Both the position numbers and the translations under genes were made by a program. A DNA stretch of 64,000 bases from Lama glama (taxonomy: Eukaryota): positions 16,184,001 through 16,248,000 of the forward strand of contig CM052817.1 in assembly GCA_028534125.1 (NCBI GenBank), given 5' to 3'. Of this stretch, positions 1 through 13,015 are shown piece by piece (position 1 is the first letter of the stretch; each line of letters opens with the position of its first letter). Under the pieces are notes generated by a model that worked only from the letters and a program-made list of their open reading frames with translations, made no database searches and was not told the DNA's origin.

Positions 1-609
1 AGAAGCCACCCTGCCAAGTCTATATCCTGAACTAAATCCCAGTGGAAACTTCCCAGATATAAATAACCACTACGAACATACAGGGAAGAAAAATAGCTAT
101 GAAGTTTCACTCGTACTTTTTTTTTCCTTTTCGCCTATGACAAGTAAAAAAAAAAATCATAGAGTTACTCACTCTAAAAACAATCTAAAACCAGAAGGTT
201 TAACCAATTCAATTTTCTAGTCACTGTGACAACTGTTTTCATCCGTGGAACAGCGTTTGGGGCACGTATACAGGCCTAATCCCGTGGTGCCCTCACAGGC
301 AGGCCCCGCTGGAAACTCTGAGAGAAGCTTCCGTTCCTGTGGGCAGTGGCATTTGATGACACTCAGAATCTCATGCCATGAAGGCAGGTTCTTTATTTAC
401 AGTCTGAGAGGGAGAACCTTTCCTTCTACTTCTGAGTTGATTATTGCGATCCCGGGGAATCAGTGGCAAGGAAAGTCCAGTTTAACAGGGAGTGGGGAAA
501 CCCACTTGGTGTTTGCAAGGCCCCAGAGAGTAGCAGAAAGAAAACAGAACGCTGAGCTTGAAACCTGGCATAGCAAGACTTAAATCAGGCAGAACCAAAA
601 GCACATGGT

Positions 610-748
610 CTCAGTTAAATCATTTTGCCTCCTGGAGCCTCAATTTCCCCACTGCCCACGGTGAAGAGAGCTGTGTGAGAATGAAATCGCATGAAACCCC
701 TGGCACAATGCCTATCGCATAGTAAGTGCTCAGTAAATATTTGTTGAA
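610..748 (+). mobile_element. MIR SINE fragment
   Basis: MIR core-like gagcctcaatttcccc and 3' cctggcacaatgcc...atagtaagtgctcagtaaatatt; boundaries approximate. Confidence 0.75.
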
Positions 749-1925
749 ACACAATCTGAAACGAGAAATACTGAATTATTGATAGCTCTCGTTAACCAAT
801 GGGCAAAAGTTTATGTATTCAATGCATACCTTTTCCCAAGCACTATATGGGGGGGATGGAGCGGTAAGAAGAACAGATTACAATGTTGATCTCAGGTGAA
901 GACAGAGAAAATGCACAGGACTGGATAAGCAGACCAGTGGTGTCTCCATATGAGACCCAGATCTGGGCAGGCATCCCACCCACATCCAGGACTGGGAGCC
1001 GGGTAACTGTCCAAACACATGCCTTGCCCCATAGTAGCTGGTTACACTCCAGTTTCTTACAACTTACAGACTAACGCCTGTGCTCCTTTGCCCAGGAAAT
1101 GCAAATTCATTGTAGTATTAGCCTCAAACACGTTGTTAGGAAGATAAATCTGCTGCAAATATAAACACCTAAGCATGGATTGGTTTAGGATTATCTAAAC
1201 ATCCAAAAGAAAGATTCCAGAGCAGACACAAGTGCCATCCTGAAAGCTGAAGGTAAATGAAAATGCCACATAGAGTATTCAACTCTTTTTCCTATTGACT
1301 TGAACTAGGCATCTGCATTCTTGGGGCATGGCACTTTTGATATCTGGCCTCAGCGCACAATGAAAGAAGAAGATGGGGGAAAAGAGAAGAGGAAGGAGGA
1401 GGGAAGGAGGAAGAAGAGGAGGAGAAACTAAAAATCTCCCCAAAAGCCTAGACCTCAGTCCGGCCACTCAAGAGACATTCAGAGCCAAGGGGGTGGAAGG
1501 TCAGGGAGTGGAAGGAGGATTTTTTTTCCCCTTCCCAGTGGAATTACTAGAAATGGGAGAGCACTCAACAAGCTACAAGGACTTCCCTTCTCCTGGCTTC
1601 TCTTCCAAGGGTAAACTGACTTGCTTCTTTCCCAGAACTTAAAGGATCTGTTGTTGTTTTACACAGAATGAATATTTAAAGGCAACAGTGGTAGCCCCAG
1701 TCTCTACTTGCCCCTGGAATTTCCCAGGCCAAAATCATATGGGGACCGTCCACAGGATCTTCATCATATTAGATGTCACCCTTACTATTATTTGTTTTAT
1801 ATGACTCATTTAAATCAAGTCTTTTTTTTATTATTGTTCTAGGCAGTAAGACCTATAAAACCATGGTTTTTATTCTGCTAGTTATATTTTCCTAATACAC
1901 ACTAAGATAAATCATTATTATTAAA

Positions 1926-2110
1926 ATAGCATAATGTAGAGGTTAGAAGTGCAGATGCTGACTGCATTCAAATCCTGGCCCTGTCATTACTAGCTCTGTG
2001 ATCTTGGGCAAGTTACTTAACCTCTCTGTGCCTCAGCTTTATGATCTGCTAAATAAGAATACCTACTTCATAGAGTCACTCTGAGGATTAAATTAGTTAA
2101 TAGTTGCAAC
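1926..2110 (+). mobile_element. MIR SINE
   Basis: ttcaaatcctggccctgtcattactagctctgtgatcttgggcaagttacttaacctctctgtgcctcag is the canonical MIR core. Confidence 0.9.
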
Positions 2111-2364
2111 ATACTGGTAGGAAACTTCTAGTTTCATCTAGAACCTTCCACATGAACACCACTATTGGGAGCACTGAAGGCACGCCAGCCTACACCCTCT
2201 CTTAACTCAGGATTTGCCTGTGTTTTTGCTCTTCTCAGGGATGCTGTATTGGTCCCCCTCCAGCACGCCATCCGAAAACCAAAACCAGACCCACCAGACA
2301 AGGTGCTCTCATTCCTGCCCTCTTGAAAGCCTCCCCATTTTACAGTCCATGTCAAATAGAGTAG

Positions 2365-2572
2365 TAATTACAACCACTTATTGACCATCTATTACTTGGC
2401 AGGCCCTGTGTTCAGGCCTTCAAATACATCATCTAATATAATCTCCATTTTTACCCTATGAGGAGAGCCCAAGCTTAAAGAGATTCGGTGACTTTCCTAA
2501 GGTCCTCACCTAGTCAAGCAGAAGAGTCAGGATTCAAACCCAGGTCCATCTGACTCTGCAGCCTGTGCTTAT
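2365..2572 (-). mobile_element. MIR SINE
   Basis: Reverse MIR core: gtgactttcctaaggtc...ggattcaaacccaggtccatctgactc. Confidence 0.85.
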
Positions 2573-2884
2573 CCTGCTGGGCCGAGAGGCCCCACCACAA
2601 AGGTCCCTCTTCCAAGAACCCATCACAGCATCCAGAGAGACGTGAACTTTCTTCCTTCTCCCACTGGACCTAGAAAAGCCTACTTTATAATTATTTACCT
2701 GTGTGTCCTTCCCCCTCTGTTAATCAAGACAATCTTTCCTATTTTAAGCATTTTGGAAAGAAATCATCCCTAAAATTTCCTTGAATTTGAAAAAGGATCA
2801 CATCCTCGGTTGAATGTAACTTTTTTTTACAACTCCAGTCATGGCAATATTCTATACTACAGATGTGACTTTAGGGCAATTCCT

Positions 2885-2962
2885 GTGACTGTTAAAAACA
2901 TCAGACACCTGAGTCCCTCCCTGGATCTACTGAATCAAAATCTCTGGGTTAAGGACCAAGAG
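2885..2962. mobile_element. MER5A-like hAT-Charlie fragment
   Basis: cagacacctgagtccctccctggatctactgaatcaaaatctctggg resembles the MER5A core. Confidence 0.55.
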
Positions 2963-3994
2963 TCACTCAAGTTTCAGAATCACCGCCACAGGCTGTGTAT
3001 GCGCATTTGACCCTGCTTGATCCTCCTAAACAACGCCTGTGTTTTAGATCCTGTCTCTGCTTTTCATGGTTTTTCTGACCTCTCCCACCTGCAAGTTGAC
3101 AGCTATCGTTTCTCACTGCCAACCAACATTTCCGCATGGCATTTTCCCTGCTTTTATCTTCCAGCCACCAGGGCTATGATTTCCAAACTCCGTCTTTTCA
3201 GTTTTAGCACACTTTCCTGAAAACGGATTCTCAGGCAGAGGCCAAGGTAAAGCACATAATATCAGAGCTATCCTGACGGAACAGGAGTGCCTGGATTCCA
3301 GTGCTGGCTTCACTCCCTTCCCTCAGCCCCAGGGCCATCCACAGTGGTCCTGAGGCCCTTCCCCAGACTCCCTACGCTTCACAGAGAGCGTTTTCAAAAC
3401 CACTGAAATAACGTAATCTTCTGGCAGATTTTGCCACACATTTACAGTGACAGCTCATTTTTTTTTTTACAAATATTCAAGTTTATCAGAAAAGGGTTTT
3501 TTTCATGAAAGTTTGTCAGTAGAATCCAAAGTCAAGCATGTATTCCTTTTTATTTGAGAGCATATCACCAAATTTATAAATAGCCCCTATATTATACTTG
3601 CAAAGTCACTCCTTACAGTGACTATTCTTAACATGGGAAACGGTGATCTCATTGTATGAGTACTTGGACCACCATCTACTTTTAAAAGGTTCTCAGAAAA
3701 ATAATGGTCAAGGAAATTTGCCTTTTCAAAAAACTCTCTCTTCTGTGAAAGCATCCAGAAAATATCAGAGCATCCAGAAAAACTTTCTAACCTTTTAAAA
3801 TTTGGGGCATCTTACATTGGCCGTGCTCTAAATACGTTAGTAGTATACTGTCTAAAAATAAGTTTCAAGCAGCAGTTTTTAAACTTGAAAAAAATTTAAG
3901 CAAAGTTCTCTTATGCCCTTTTTGGCTTTTTCTTCCAAAATGTTTAATGTTGAGATGTAGAATTTAGGAAGCAAATTTAACATTACATGCAGTA

Positions 3995-4184
3995 AAGGTG
4001 GGCGGACGTGGAGGGTACTTGATTTCTCTGGTGAATTAGCACAAAGTTCAAAGTCACATCTACAGAGAGAGATGGTCGCTGTGGCCGAAGTGTGACAATT
4101 AATGAATGTAAGTAAAAGGTGCGCAGTGTCCCTTTTACTGTTCCTTCAACTTTTCTGTAGCTTTGAAATTTTTCAAAATAAAAT
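3995..4184 (+). mobile_element. Old L1 (L1ME-type) 3' end
   Basis: Ends in ttttactgttccttcaacttttctgtagctttgaaatttttcaaaataaaa, typical of an L1ME 3' UTR terminus. Confidence 0.7.
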
Positions 4185-4228
4185 CAGAGGGAAACATTCA
4201 AACATGCGTACAAATAAAGCACAGTCAT

Positions 4229-4402
4229 CAGGGCCTGGACTAAGGTGAGGAAACTGAGGCATCTAAGGTGCAAAATTTAAGGAAGCAGCTGTAGGACCCT
4301 GAGGGTGAGTGCCTTCAGGGCACTGGTACAACTCTGAGAGTAAGCACCTCCTTAAATTTTGCGCTGGCGGTGTCTCGCTTGCTTCACCCTAGCCAGGCCC
4401 TC
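4229..4402. mobile_element. MER96-like palindromic hAT-Tip100 MITE
   Basis: TIRs cagggcctggactaaggtgagg / cttcaccctagccaggccct; internal inverted pair gcaaaatttaagga / tccttaaattttgc; about 175 bp. Confidence 0.85.
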
Positions 4403-4936
4403 ATACTCCACATTAGCAAGCTGCAGTAATCCTAAAGAGAGGAAGCTCAAAGTCAATGCTATCCATGCATTTATTCACCAGTCAAGTATTGAGTCCCAGG
4501 TATATGCTAAGTGCCTACGCAGCTAGGAACCTATTCTGTGCTAATAAACCACTTTGACACTCAGACAAAATAATCTTAAACCAAATTCCTGTCATTCCAG
4601 TATTCATCTCTGTGTTAGGTGCCAGGGACACTATGATGACAGACCAGTCCCTGTTAAAGTACTTCACCATCTGCCAGACAGACACTGCTTTAATGCTATG
4701 ATTTTTATCATCATCATCATCATATCTATCGGCATGTCTATTCTCTCAATTCAGTTCAACCATTTCAGGGCAGGGAATGAATATTATTCATCTTTGCTTT
4801 TTTGACACCCAGGATGGTGATAGATAAAATATTTAATAAATATTTCTAGAATGGGTGAAACCATAAATCTACTTATTTGTTCCCCCTCAAAGATTTGCCA
4901 CATTCAGATGACTATGAAATTTCCACCCGGATTGCC

Positions 4937-5170
4937 TAATAATACTAGCTAACATGTACCGGGTGCTTACAACCCCCCTGGTATTTCCAGAGCTCTTTCT
5001 GTCTATTAACTCAATTAAGCTTTGCAACCAGGCTCAGAAGCTCCTTTTACAGATAAGCACACAGGAGAGATTGAATATCTTTCCTAGGGCCGCACAGCAG
5101 GTAAGAGGCCACACCAGGGTCTGAACCCAGGAGCTCAGCTCTGGAACCTGCCCTTTCAGTGACTCCTCTA
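4937..5170 (-). mobile_element. MIR SINE
   Basis: aataatactagctaacatgtaccgggtgcttac...ttttacagataag...ctgaacccagg, reverse MIR. Confidence 0.85.
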
Positions 5171-6509
5171 AGCCATCTCACACTTGTGACTCAGGAGTGT
5201 GACCCATCCCCAGACAGCACTCATCTCCAGCTTGCTTTTCACCCATTATTACCTAGAAAGATCAAGAGGGCACCAGGGATGCTTTTAGCAAAGTGATCCT
5301 CAACTCCCACAGCCAAGTCCGACTTTGGGGGACTTCCTGCTTAATTTCACCTTGCCTAAATATAACCACCTAAAAATAACCTGAAAGGGAAGTGTCTCAG
5401 AACGGCCAGAGGAGCCGCAGTACACTGCAGAGGACGTGACGAGAAAGAATGATCCAGCCTCCCTAACACTGCCTTCCGACACCAGCCAGTGGCATATTGG
5501 GATGAGAAAACAAAGTCTCCAATTATTGAAATTCCATAGTGTATTTAATTATGCAATTATCTTATTGTATTAACAAGTGCTCAGGCACAGCAGCAATGGC
5601 TGAGATTTTTGCAGTTTGGAACTGCACAATTTAGTCTTTCCCTCAGCTGATTCCTTCTCATGGGTCTGTCCATTTTTCTGGGATTAGGGAAACGATCTTA
5701 TTTTGGAACTGCTTCATTCAGAAATCGAAGGCAAATTAGACACACACCCCCCCCCCACCTCTGGCCACTCTAACTTATAAGTGTGAACCCGCTCCTGCCA
5801 GAGCGTATTTCAGGGGGAAAGGTCTGCAAATTCTTATCACTTTTGATTTCATTAATCACTTTAGGCTCTTTCCTCTTTTGAAATTCAAATAAATATAAAG
5901 TAAAATACAAATAAAAAAGCAGTTATACAAATTACATAGTTTCAATGATGTGAATACATCTCCCAAATACATTCCTGTTGATCTGCTTAATAAGGACTTG
6001 TCCCAAGGGGTGCATATATCAGACCGTAAAACGCAGAGTATTTCATCAAAGCATGGCAAATAGGTGTGCTGGGATATTATCATGCACTTCTATTTGCCAC
6101 AGTTACCTCGGCAAATATGAAATGTAATCATGCAAAATTAAACATTCCATACATTTTCTGTTCACTCTCTAACATTCTCCCTATACTGTGAAATAGGCTA
6201 TCACACTTTCCAGTTTATAGGGCCAAAAGGTAAATCAAATTTCTTGTTTCTGAAAGCATTCCGAGTAATAGGTCTTTGCACTTTGGGCTTTTCATCTAAG
6301 TGTCACCAGGCTCTTTACAAATAAAACGTAATTAATCCATACATCCCTATTCAATGGGACTCCTCCTTGCTGGTACTCACGGAGAAGCCATACCTTCATT
6401 TTCTCAAGCTAAATTTGGTCCAGGCTCTTAGGAATGATGTTTCATTGAGCAAGACCAGGAGGAATAATCCTATGGAGGAAAACCTGGCTCCTTCTCTCAA
6501 ATAAGAAAT

Positions 6510-6725
6510 AACTAAGAATACAAACTCTGGCCCCCAAATGCCTAGTGTCTGAATCCCAATTTGCGACCATTTAGCTGTGAGATGATAGAGCAAGTCCCCT
6601 CTGCGTCCCTGAGCTTCAGTTTTTGTAGAAGTGAATTGGGGATAATCCCAGTACATGTCCCACAGCATCGTCAGGCAGATGTAACGAGCTACTACATGTA
6701 AGTCGCTTAGAACACAGCCTGGTCC
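6510..6725 (+). mobile_element. MIR SINE
   Basis: gaatcccaat...ttagctgtgagatgatagagcaagtc...gagcttcagttt...gcttagaacacagcctgg. Confidence 0.8.
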
Positions 6726-6759
6726 TGCCCCGATATGACACCTGAGGGCTTTCAAAGCC

Positions 6760-6920
6760 ATCTCCCAACAAGGACCTCACTGGGGTCTCACTGTCTCCCT
6801 GTGAAGCCTGGGGAACAGATGCTGTTATGCCCATTTTACAGGTGAAGAAAGTGAGATTCAGAAAGGGCTACTGGTGGCCAGGACTAGAACCCCCGAACCC
6901 CACCTGCTATTCTTCCACTA
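6760..6920 (-). mobile_element. MIR SINE fragment
   Basis: cccattttacaggtgaagaaagtgagattcaga, reverse MIR core. Confidence 0.8.
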
Positions 6921-9900
6921 TTTCTCTTTACATGCAGAACAAACTGATTCAGTGTCCCAGACAGACCCCTGCTTATTTTCCTCTGGGGTGGGGGGGCAGG
7001 GGCGGGGAGAGGGTCTTGTTTCAAAGGAGACACGGGAAGCATTCTGGTGCCAGACTTATCTTGCATAGCAAAAGAGACCCAGATCAGCAGAAGACACGTC
7101 AACAAGACTGCCTTAATCATGATTTCTGCTAACTACGAAATGAAAGTTAATTTCATGCCTTGCATTCACAGACAAAAAGGTTCAGAGCTGTTTAAATTCT
7201 CTTCAGCCCAATGACAGTTAGTAAACAGGAGGCTTCGTGTTCTAATGCTTGAAATCACCCTTCGTATCTCAATATATTATTTATGCACTCGGCTTAAAAT
7301 AAACAGCAACTCGCAAGGAGGTGAGTGGTTTCATCCAGGATGAACCTTTTTTTTTTCACTCTGACAGTTACTTTAAAACATCGGTAAACAACCTTAATTC
7401 ACTTCTAACAAATTAGTAGGCGACTGCTGTGTCTCCAGGAGGCAAGCAGATTGTATTATTAACCAAAACCACTTTCTCCCTGTCAATCATCTGCACCTCA
7501 CACAGGGACGTGGGCTTTGCTGTGTCACGACGCAAACCCATCCATGGGCATCCATGGTTCCAGATGATTCCTTCGAGGTCATTCTCTTCCAGACCTTTGA
7601 TTAGATCTCTTGATTCTGAGATGCAGAATGGGGCCTGCAGAAGGGAGACTCTCAGTACTGCTTGTTAAGAAAGATAAAGACAGTGAGAACCTTCCAGAGG
7701 GTACAGAGTTGGGAAGTCTTGGCAGACAAGTTCTGCTTGCGGAGGGAAGGGTCGCAGACAAAGACCACTTTACAGGAGACCCAATAAGTTCCACCAAACA
7801 CTTGAAAGGGGTCACTTTGGAGAAGGAAGCCTGGTGCTTTGTAGGAATGAATAGTAAAATTAGGATCCAAGTGTGGAAGATACGGAGCGTGTAGATTTGG
7901 GTTCAACTCAAGACAGAATGCTGTAACTGAGAGGTAGTAGGTCTGCCTCTGGGGGCGCCTGGGCACCCATCAGATGGCATCCTCAGAACTGGCCAAGAAC
8001 TAGGACTAGAGATGAGATGTGCATGGACCTTCCCAGATACAAGACTTTACAGCCCCGTGAATTTCAGGGTGAATCAATAAAATGGGCTTCAATCAGCAGT
8101 CACAATCATTTTTAAATTTCTCTATGTTTGGAGTCTTTAAAGGGTGATGGCCACCCTTTAACTATGCACAGACCATGGGTTAAGCTAGGCACGTGGTTGG
8201 CCATTCTACGGCTGTCCATTACAACACCAGACCATTGGCTGTCCTAACAAAATTAAAATATGTCCCGTGCAGCAGAGAAAATCAGCTGAAGCAGTTGCTT
8301 TGGGGATTACACAGTTTCTGCCCACTCTCTAGCTTTGTGGCTTGCAGCCCTTGGTCATTCCGTGGACAGGAGGCCACTCCCAAGTCACCTGGGCCATCAC
8401 ATGGCCAGGGAGGGGTGATCTACACTTAAATTCACCACTGCAGTTGGCCTGCTGCCCCACACCAAGTCTGGAAACATAATACTTAGCAACTTGCCTAAAA
8501 GATGTCTGGTTCAGTTTCATCATTAACAAAACATTGCTGACTTCAGTGAAACATTCAGTGTCTCCCCGAAACCAACCATTGCTTTGAGACACAAACAGAC
8601 TGCTCAAAACACAGAGTTAAATGCAAATCAGAAAGAAAGGGAGAGAGAGGTGAAGGAAGAGAAATAAAGATACCGTGCATTCATATTCAGGATTTATAAC
8701 AACATTTTAAACACAATATGCACACATGTATTCTTCCAAACTGTCTAGTAAACATTGACTGAATATTTGGGGAGTGGGGGTGGGGTCAGGCTTTTCTACA
8801 TCCAACATATTAACAAATCATTAGAGAGTTCAGAAATATTAAATTCTTCAAAGGAAGTCACATTATCCATATCTGGGTGTGAAACTTGGTGTTACTGATT
8901 TCCTAATACAGCAAGAACACACATCTGGTATGTGCACTTTGGAGTAACAGAACAGAACATGACAATAATGTGTTATACTTACAAAGTACCCTTCATCCAT
9001 GGGGCTCCAATTTTACCAATATTAGTTCACTGATTTTCGCAAAAAACCTGAAAGGCAGAGGGTAAGTTTGTGTTACCCCCACTTTGCAGATGGGGATACA
9101 AAAATGCAATAGGAGAATCAATTACTGGTCTGTTACAGTGAATGAATTCAGTAACAGGAGGGCAAGAATCACAACCTTCACCTTCCCTGTCAGAATGCAA
9201 CGTGACCACCCGTCTTTGCCTTGGGGACTGGTATTTCCCAAGAAAATTCCACCACAATCCGAATGTCTTAAACACATATCACCCCGGGTAAGACAGGGCT
9301 GAGTATAACCCCTTGGTCCAAAGAGCTCGGAGACCAATATTCCTTTAATACCCCAAAAAAATAAATAAATAAAAATAAAAAATAAAAAAAAAAGAAGGCT
9401 TCCTATATCCAGTTCAAACAAGGAGGAAAAATTAGATTGACAAAATACAATCAACCAACTAAAATTCGGCCGGAAAATAATGTTACTACTATTCAGTTTG
9501 TTATGTATGTACTTATGTTCACATGTCAGCATATGGACTTGTCTTTAAAAATTATTCCAAGGAAGTCAGAAGCTTCAGAAGTAATCTCGCTAACAGCATT
9601 TTTAGAAGGGTATATTTTTAACAGTGCTTTCTAGGACACCCCATCCTTTCTGCCACTCTCAGGCCATTGACTCACGCATTGACCAAATAACCAGTATTCA
9701 CCAAGTTCTGACTATGTATAAGGTTAGCACTCCATGCAGTTTTTGGAGGACCAAAAATGTGTATGACACAGGCCCCATCATCAAGAAACTTACAATTTTA
9801 TGGTTCAGTGATTTGAGTTACAGTGACAAGCATTCTGATCTAAAACTCTCTAGAAAATTTGATGGTTTCTGGACACTCCTGGTGAGTCACAGACACCAGT

Positions 9901-10079
9901 CCCAGAAGAATGGCTCCTTTGGGGAATATTCTCAGAAAAGATGAGCCTGGGCTCTGTGTATGAGCCATACAACTTGGAGTTACAGAAATGCTAAAAGATG
10001 TTTTTCCTTCAAAGCGTCTGCCCCAGAGTCTTCCCAAAGCCCATAATTTGAGGGTCATACCCTCTCCCACTGTCTTCAC

Positions 10080-10483
10080 CTTTGCAGCCCCTGACCTCTT
10101 TGCTTCTCTCCAAACACCTAAACTCGGGATCTTCACGTCCCCAGTTGTTCCCTCCTTTTGGGATAATCTAGCTGCAGGTATTTCCGTGATCTCTGCTCGT
10201 GTACCTGCTCAGCGAGGTCTCTCCTGAACACCTATCAAATATAGCTGCTGTTCGTCAGGCTCCGACCCCTCACTGTTCTTCCTCTGTCTTCACAAAGCTC
10301 ACCACAAGCTAACATTATGTGGTCCATCCCTTCCCTTGTTTTCCTATGCCCAACCCCCCACGAGGATATAGGCTCCACGAAAACTGATATCCTGAGAGCA
10401 GTAAAAATCCATGAGGCAGTTTTTGTCCACCACTAAATCCTCGGGTCAAAATGTCACCTAAATATTGGCTGAACGAGTGAATC
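10080..10483 (+). mobile_element. L2 LINE 3' region
   Basis: Pyrimidine-rich L2-like body, ataggctccacg...ttttgtccaccactaaatcc, and a terminal aaatattggctgaacgagtgaat tail. Confidence 0.65.
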
Positions 10484-12757
10484 ACACGTGGAACCGGGTG
10501 CTCTGCTTTCCCCTGTGGCTCCTTTTAATCTCACTGAGACACTACTGTAATTACTAATAAATATATTTCAAAACTAAATCATAAGAGATTTTTCCACCTA
10601 AAGGGAGAAAAAAAAATTCCACAAATACTCGATGAAATGTTCCTGAAAAAATATAATAAACACCCATTTGTATCATTTTCCCATCTCCGGATGGCTCGAG
10701 CACTGGGCCAAGGGTCAGGGAACCTTGTTCTCCACCCAGCACCACTGCGGGCTGCTCTGTGGCGCTGACCCCTTCACCCTCCTGAGGCTTTGTCTCCCAA
10801 TTGCAAAATAAGAAAGCTTAAGTAGCTTATTTCCATGGCTCCTTCTGGCTCGGAACCTAGGGAGTTCAACATACAGGGGATGGGCCGGATGTATTTTTAC
10901 ATCTCCTGATTTCATACCACTTTCTAAGTATCAGCTTATCTCAAAGGCAACCAGGTCATTTCCTACGAAGCAAGAAGGAATCCCAGAGGGAAGGACCGGA
11001 TTATCTAACCATACCTACAAGCATGTACTTTGGACAAACACGCAGGTATCACTGAAAGCTCATTGCCTCCCTATTATCACACCACCAACATACAACACAC
11101 ATGCAAACAAAGATGCCACATCAGCTGTTTATGACACCTTGAGTCACAGACACCTCACCAGGGTCGCTAAACAGATTTCCTGTTTACTTGCACATTAATA
11201 AAACGCACACCGTCGCCCGTCAGAATTTTTTTCCCCAAGCATCTGAACATCCGAAGAGATTTAGAAGCAATTAACATCCACGAGTAACAGAGCAATCAAC
11301 ATGGGAATCGCTAATGGGACTGGACAGCATCCAAAAGCAGATATTAGGGTAATAGTGAGCCCCTGACACAGGTTATGGTGTTAATTCTGGAGGCCAGGCT
11401 CGTGGTACGTTTTCAATAGCTTTGTGCGGCTGCTGCCACAGTCACATATGCCTCTTCTATATATGGTTCCTAGCCCTGCCCCGACGACATACTTTTTTTT
11501 TTAAACTGCTATTGAAAAGAAGGCATTTTTGCATTGTTATAACACAACCTCTAGCATTAACGGTATATACTGAATTCAAGTTTATTTTTAAATTGCCTAC
11601 CTGACAAAAATGTTAAAATGTCATTTTTTACCCACTTTGGGTCTCTAGACTATCTTCTCCTGTTAGCTCTTGTAGCTAGAGGCCACAAAAATAATAGCTA
11701 GGAATTTCCACCTTGACGCTTCCCAGGTAACTTCTGCCACTTGCTTGTGTGCACACAGGTTCCTACGTCCCTAGTACACAGGATGACACGAGCACTCCTG
11801 TCCCAACCAGCTCTATGCCTGCCTCCTTGTCAGTTTTTCTGACCTGTTTTCATAAATATCACTCCAGAAATCAGCACACACGCACCTCCTTTATTTCCCC
11901 CTACCGGGAAAGTCTTTGGGTAACAGAGAATGTTTCCACCGTTACTCTTTCTGCCTTCCATTTTCTAGCCTTCAATCTCTCATCTAAAATGCCAATGCTA
12001 GGCAAGGCAAGTCTATCTTTACCTCCCCTTGGACCACATTCCTGAATCCCTGCCCTGGCTCTTCTCCTGAAGGCTCAACCTTCAGAGGCTGGACCTCCCC
12101 AGATTCAAACATGCCTCTCAGTCCTCAGCTCCCCTGCCAGCCTTCCTCCGGGGTCATCTGGTCTCTCTCATGATCGAGACATTCACCTCTAATCACGGGA
12201 CACCTCCCCGTGTGTCTGGACTCTGGGCCCCACGCAGGCAGAAAACCTGATTTATTCCCATTTCTGACCTTGGATGTAATTAATCACTGCCTATTAGGGT
12301 TGCTTCATTCCGTGTGGCCTAAGAAAACACAAGCTCTAGCAAATTTGTTCCAATTTGGGCTTTTAAATTTTTTCAACTGCTTCAACATTAGACACGAGTA
12401 AATGATTAGATAAACACCATTCATTTTGATGATACTAGTTTTCCGGTTATTCTGTTGCATTCATGCTCTATGCCATTTCTTTCTCCTTCTGCTTTGCTGT
12501 GTGTAGTTATGCAAGGGTCTCTTTCTTCTAACAATCCAGCTTTTTCCCCCTTCACCTCCCCCCCACACACACACCGATTATGAAACTGTATCCCGACATA
12601 AGCCTGAGGTTTAGTCCTTGAATACCATCAGCCGGTGATGCACAGTCTGCTGCCACCAGGCTGTGTGCGATGAAAGCCTGTTTTGACCAAGATTTTATAC
12701 AACAGAACCCAAATTGAGGGGAAGGTATCAAGAGACCCAGACCTAAGAATCCCTCAC

Positions 12758-12762
12758 TTCAT
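12758..12762 (-). CDS. Weak candidate alternative first coding exon (ATG AA|gtgagg, phase 2)
   Basis: Minus strand gcagagATGAA|gtgagg, downstream of a motif-dense block at 12900-13010; donor only moderate. Confidence 0.15.
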
Positions 12763-12899
12763 CTCTGCGGCAAGCAGTTTCGTATCCCCTGAGCCAGCCC
12801 CAGTGCTGGGAGACCCAAGCCACCAGGAGCCTCCCCTGCACACACATCTCAATCATCACCCACCCCCACCCCCGCCCCAACTCCCTCCCCACTCCAAGT

Positions 12900-13015
12900 A
12901 GCAGCAGCAGCTGAGATTAAAGTGCTTCTGGGGCTATGGTAATCCAATCAGGGCTGGGCTTGCTTCAATCTCTACCATTCGGTTGGAAAACATTTTGGCA
13001 GGATGCCTTTCAACT
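12900..13015. promoter_or_regulatory. Candidate promoter/enhancer motif cluster
   Basis: E-box CAGCTG 12908-12913, GATTAA 12915-12920, TAATCC 12940-12945 overlapping CCAAT 12944-12948, NFI-like TTGGC-N5-GCCTT 12995-13009, all in repeat-free sequence. Confidence 0.35.

Noticed and set aside
7307..7326. Plus-strand 14-nt microexon ending GAG|GTGAGT
   Set aside because: No polypyrimidine tract before the AG, length not a multiple of three, and opposite to the inferred host strand.
9355..9393. A-rich tract as a retrocopy tail
   Set aside because: No TSD and no recognisable element or gene body upstream; treated as a simple repeat.
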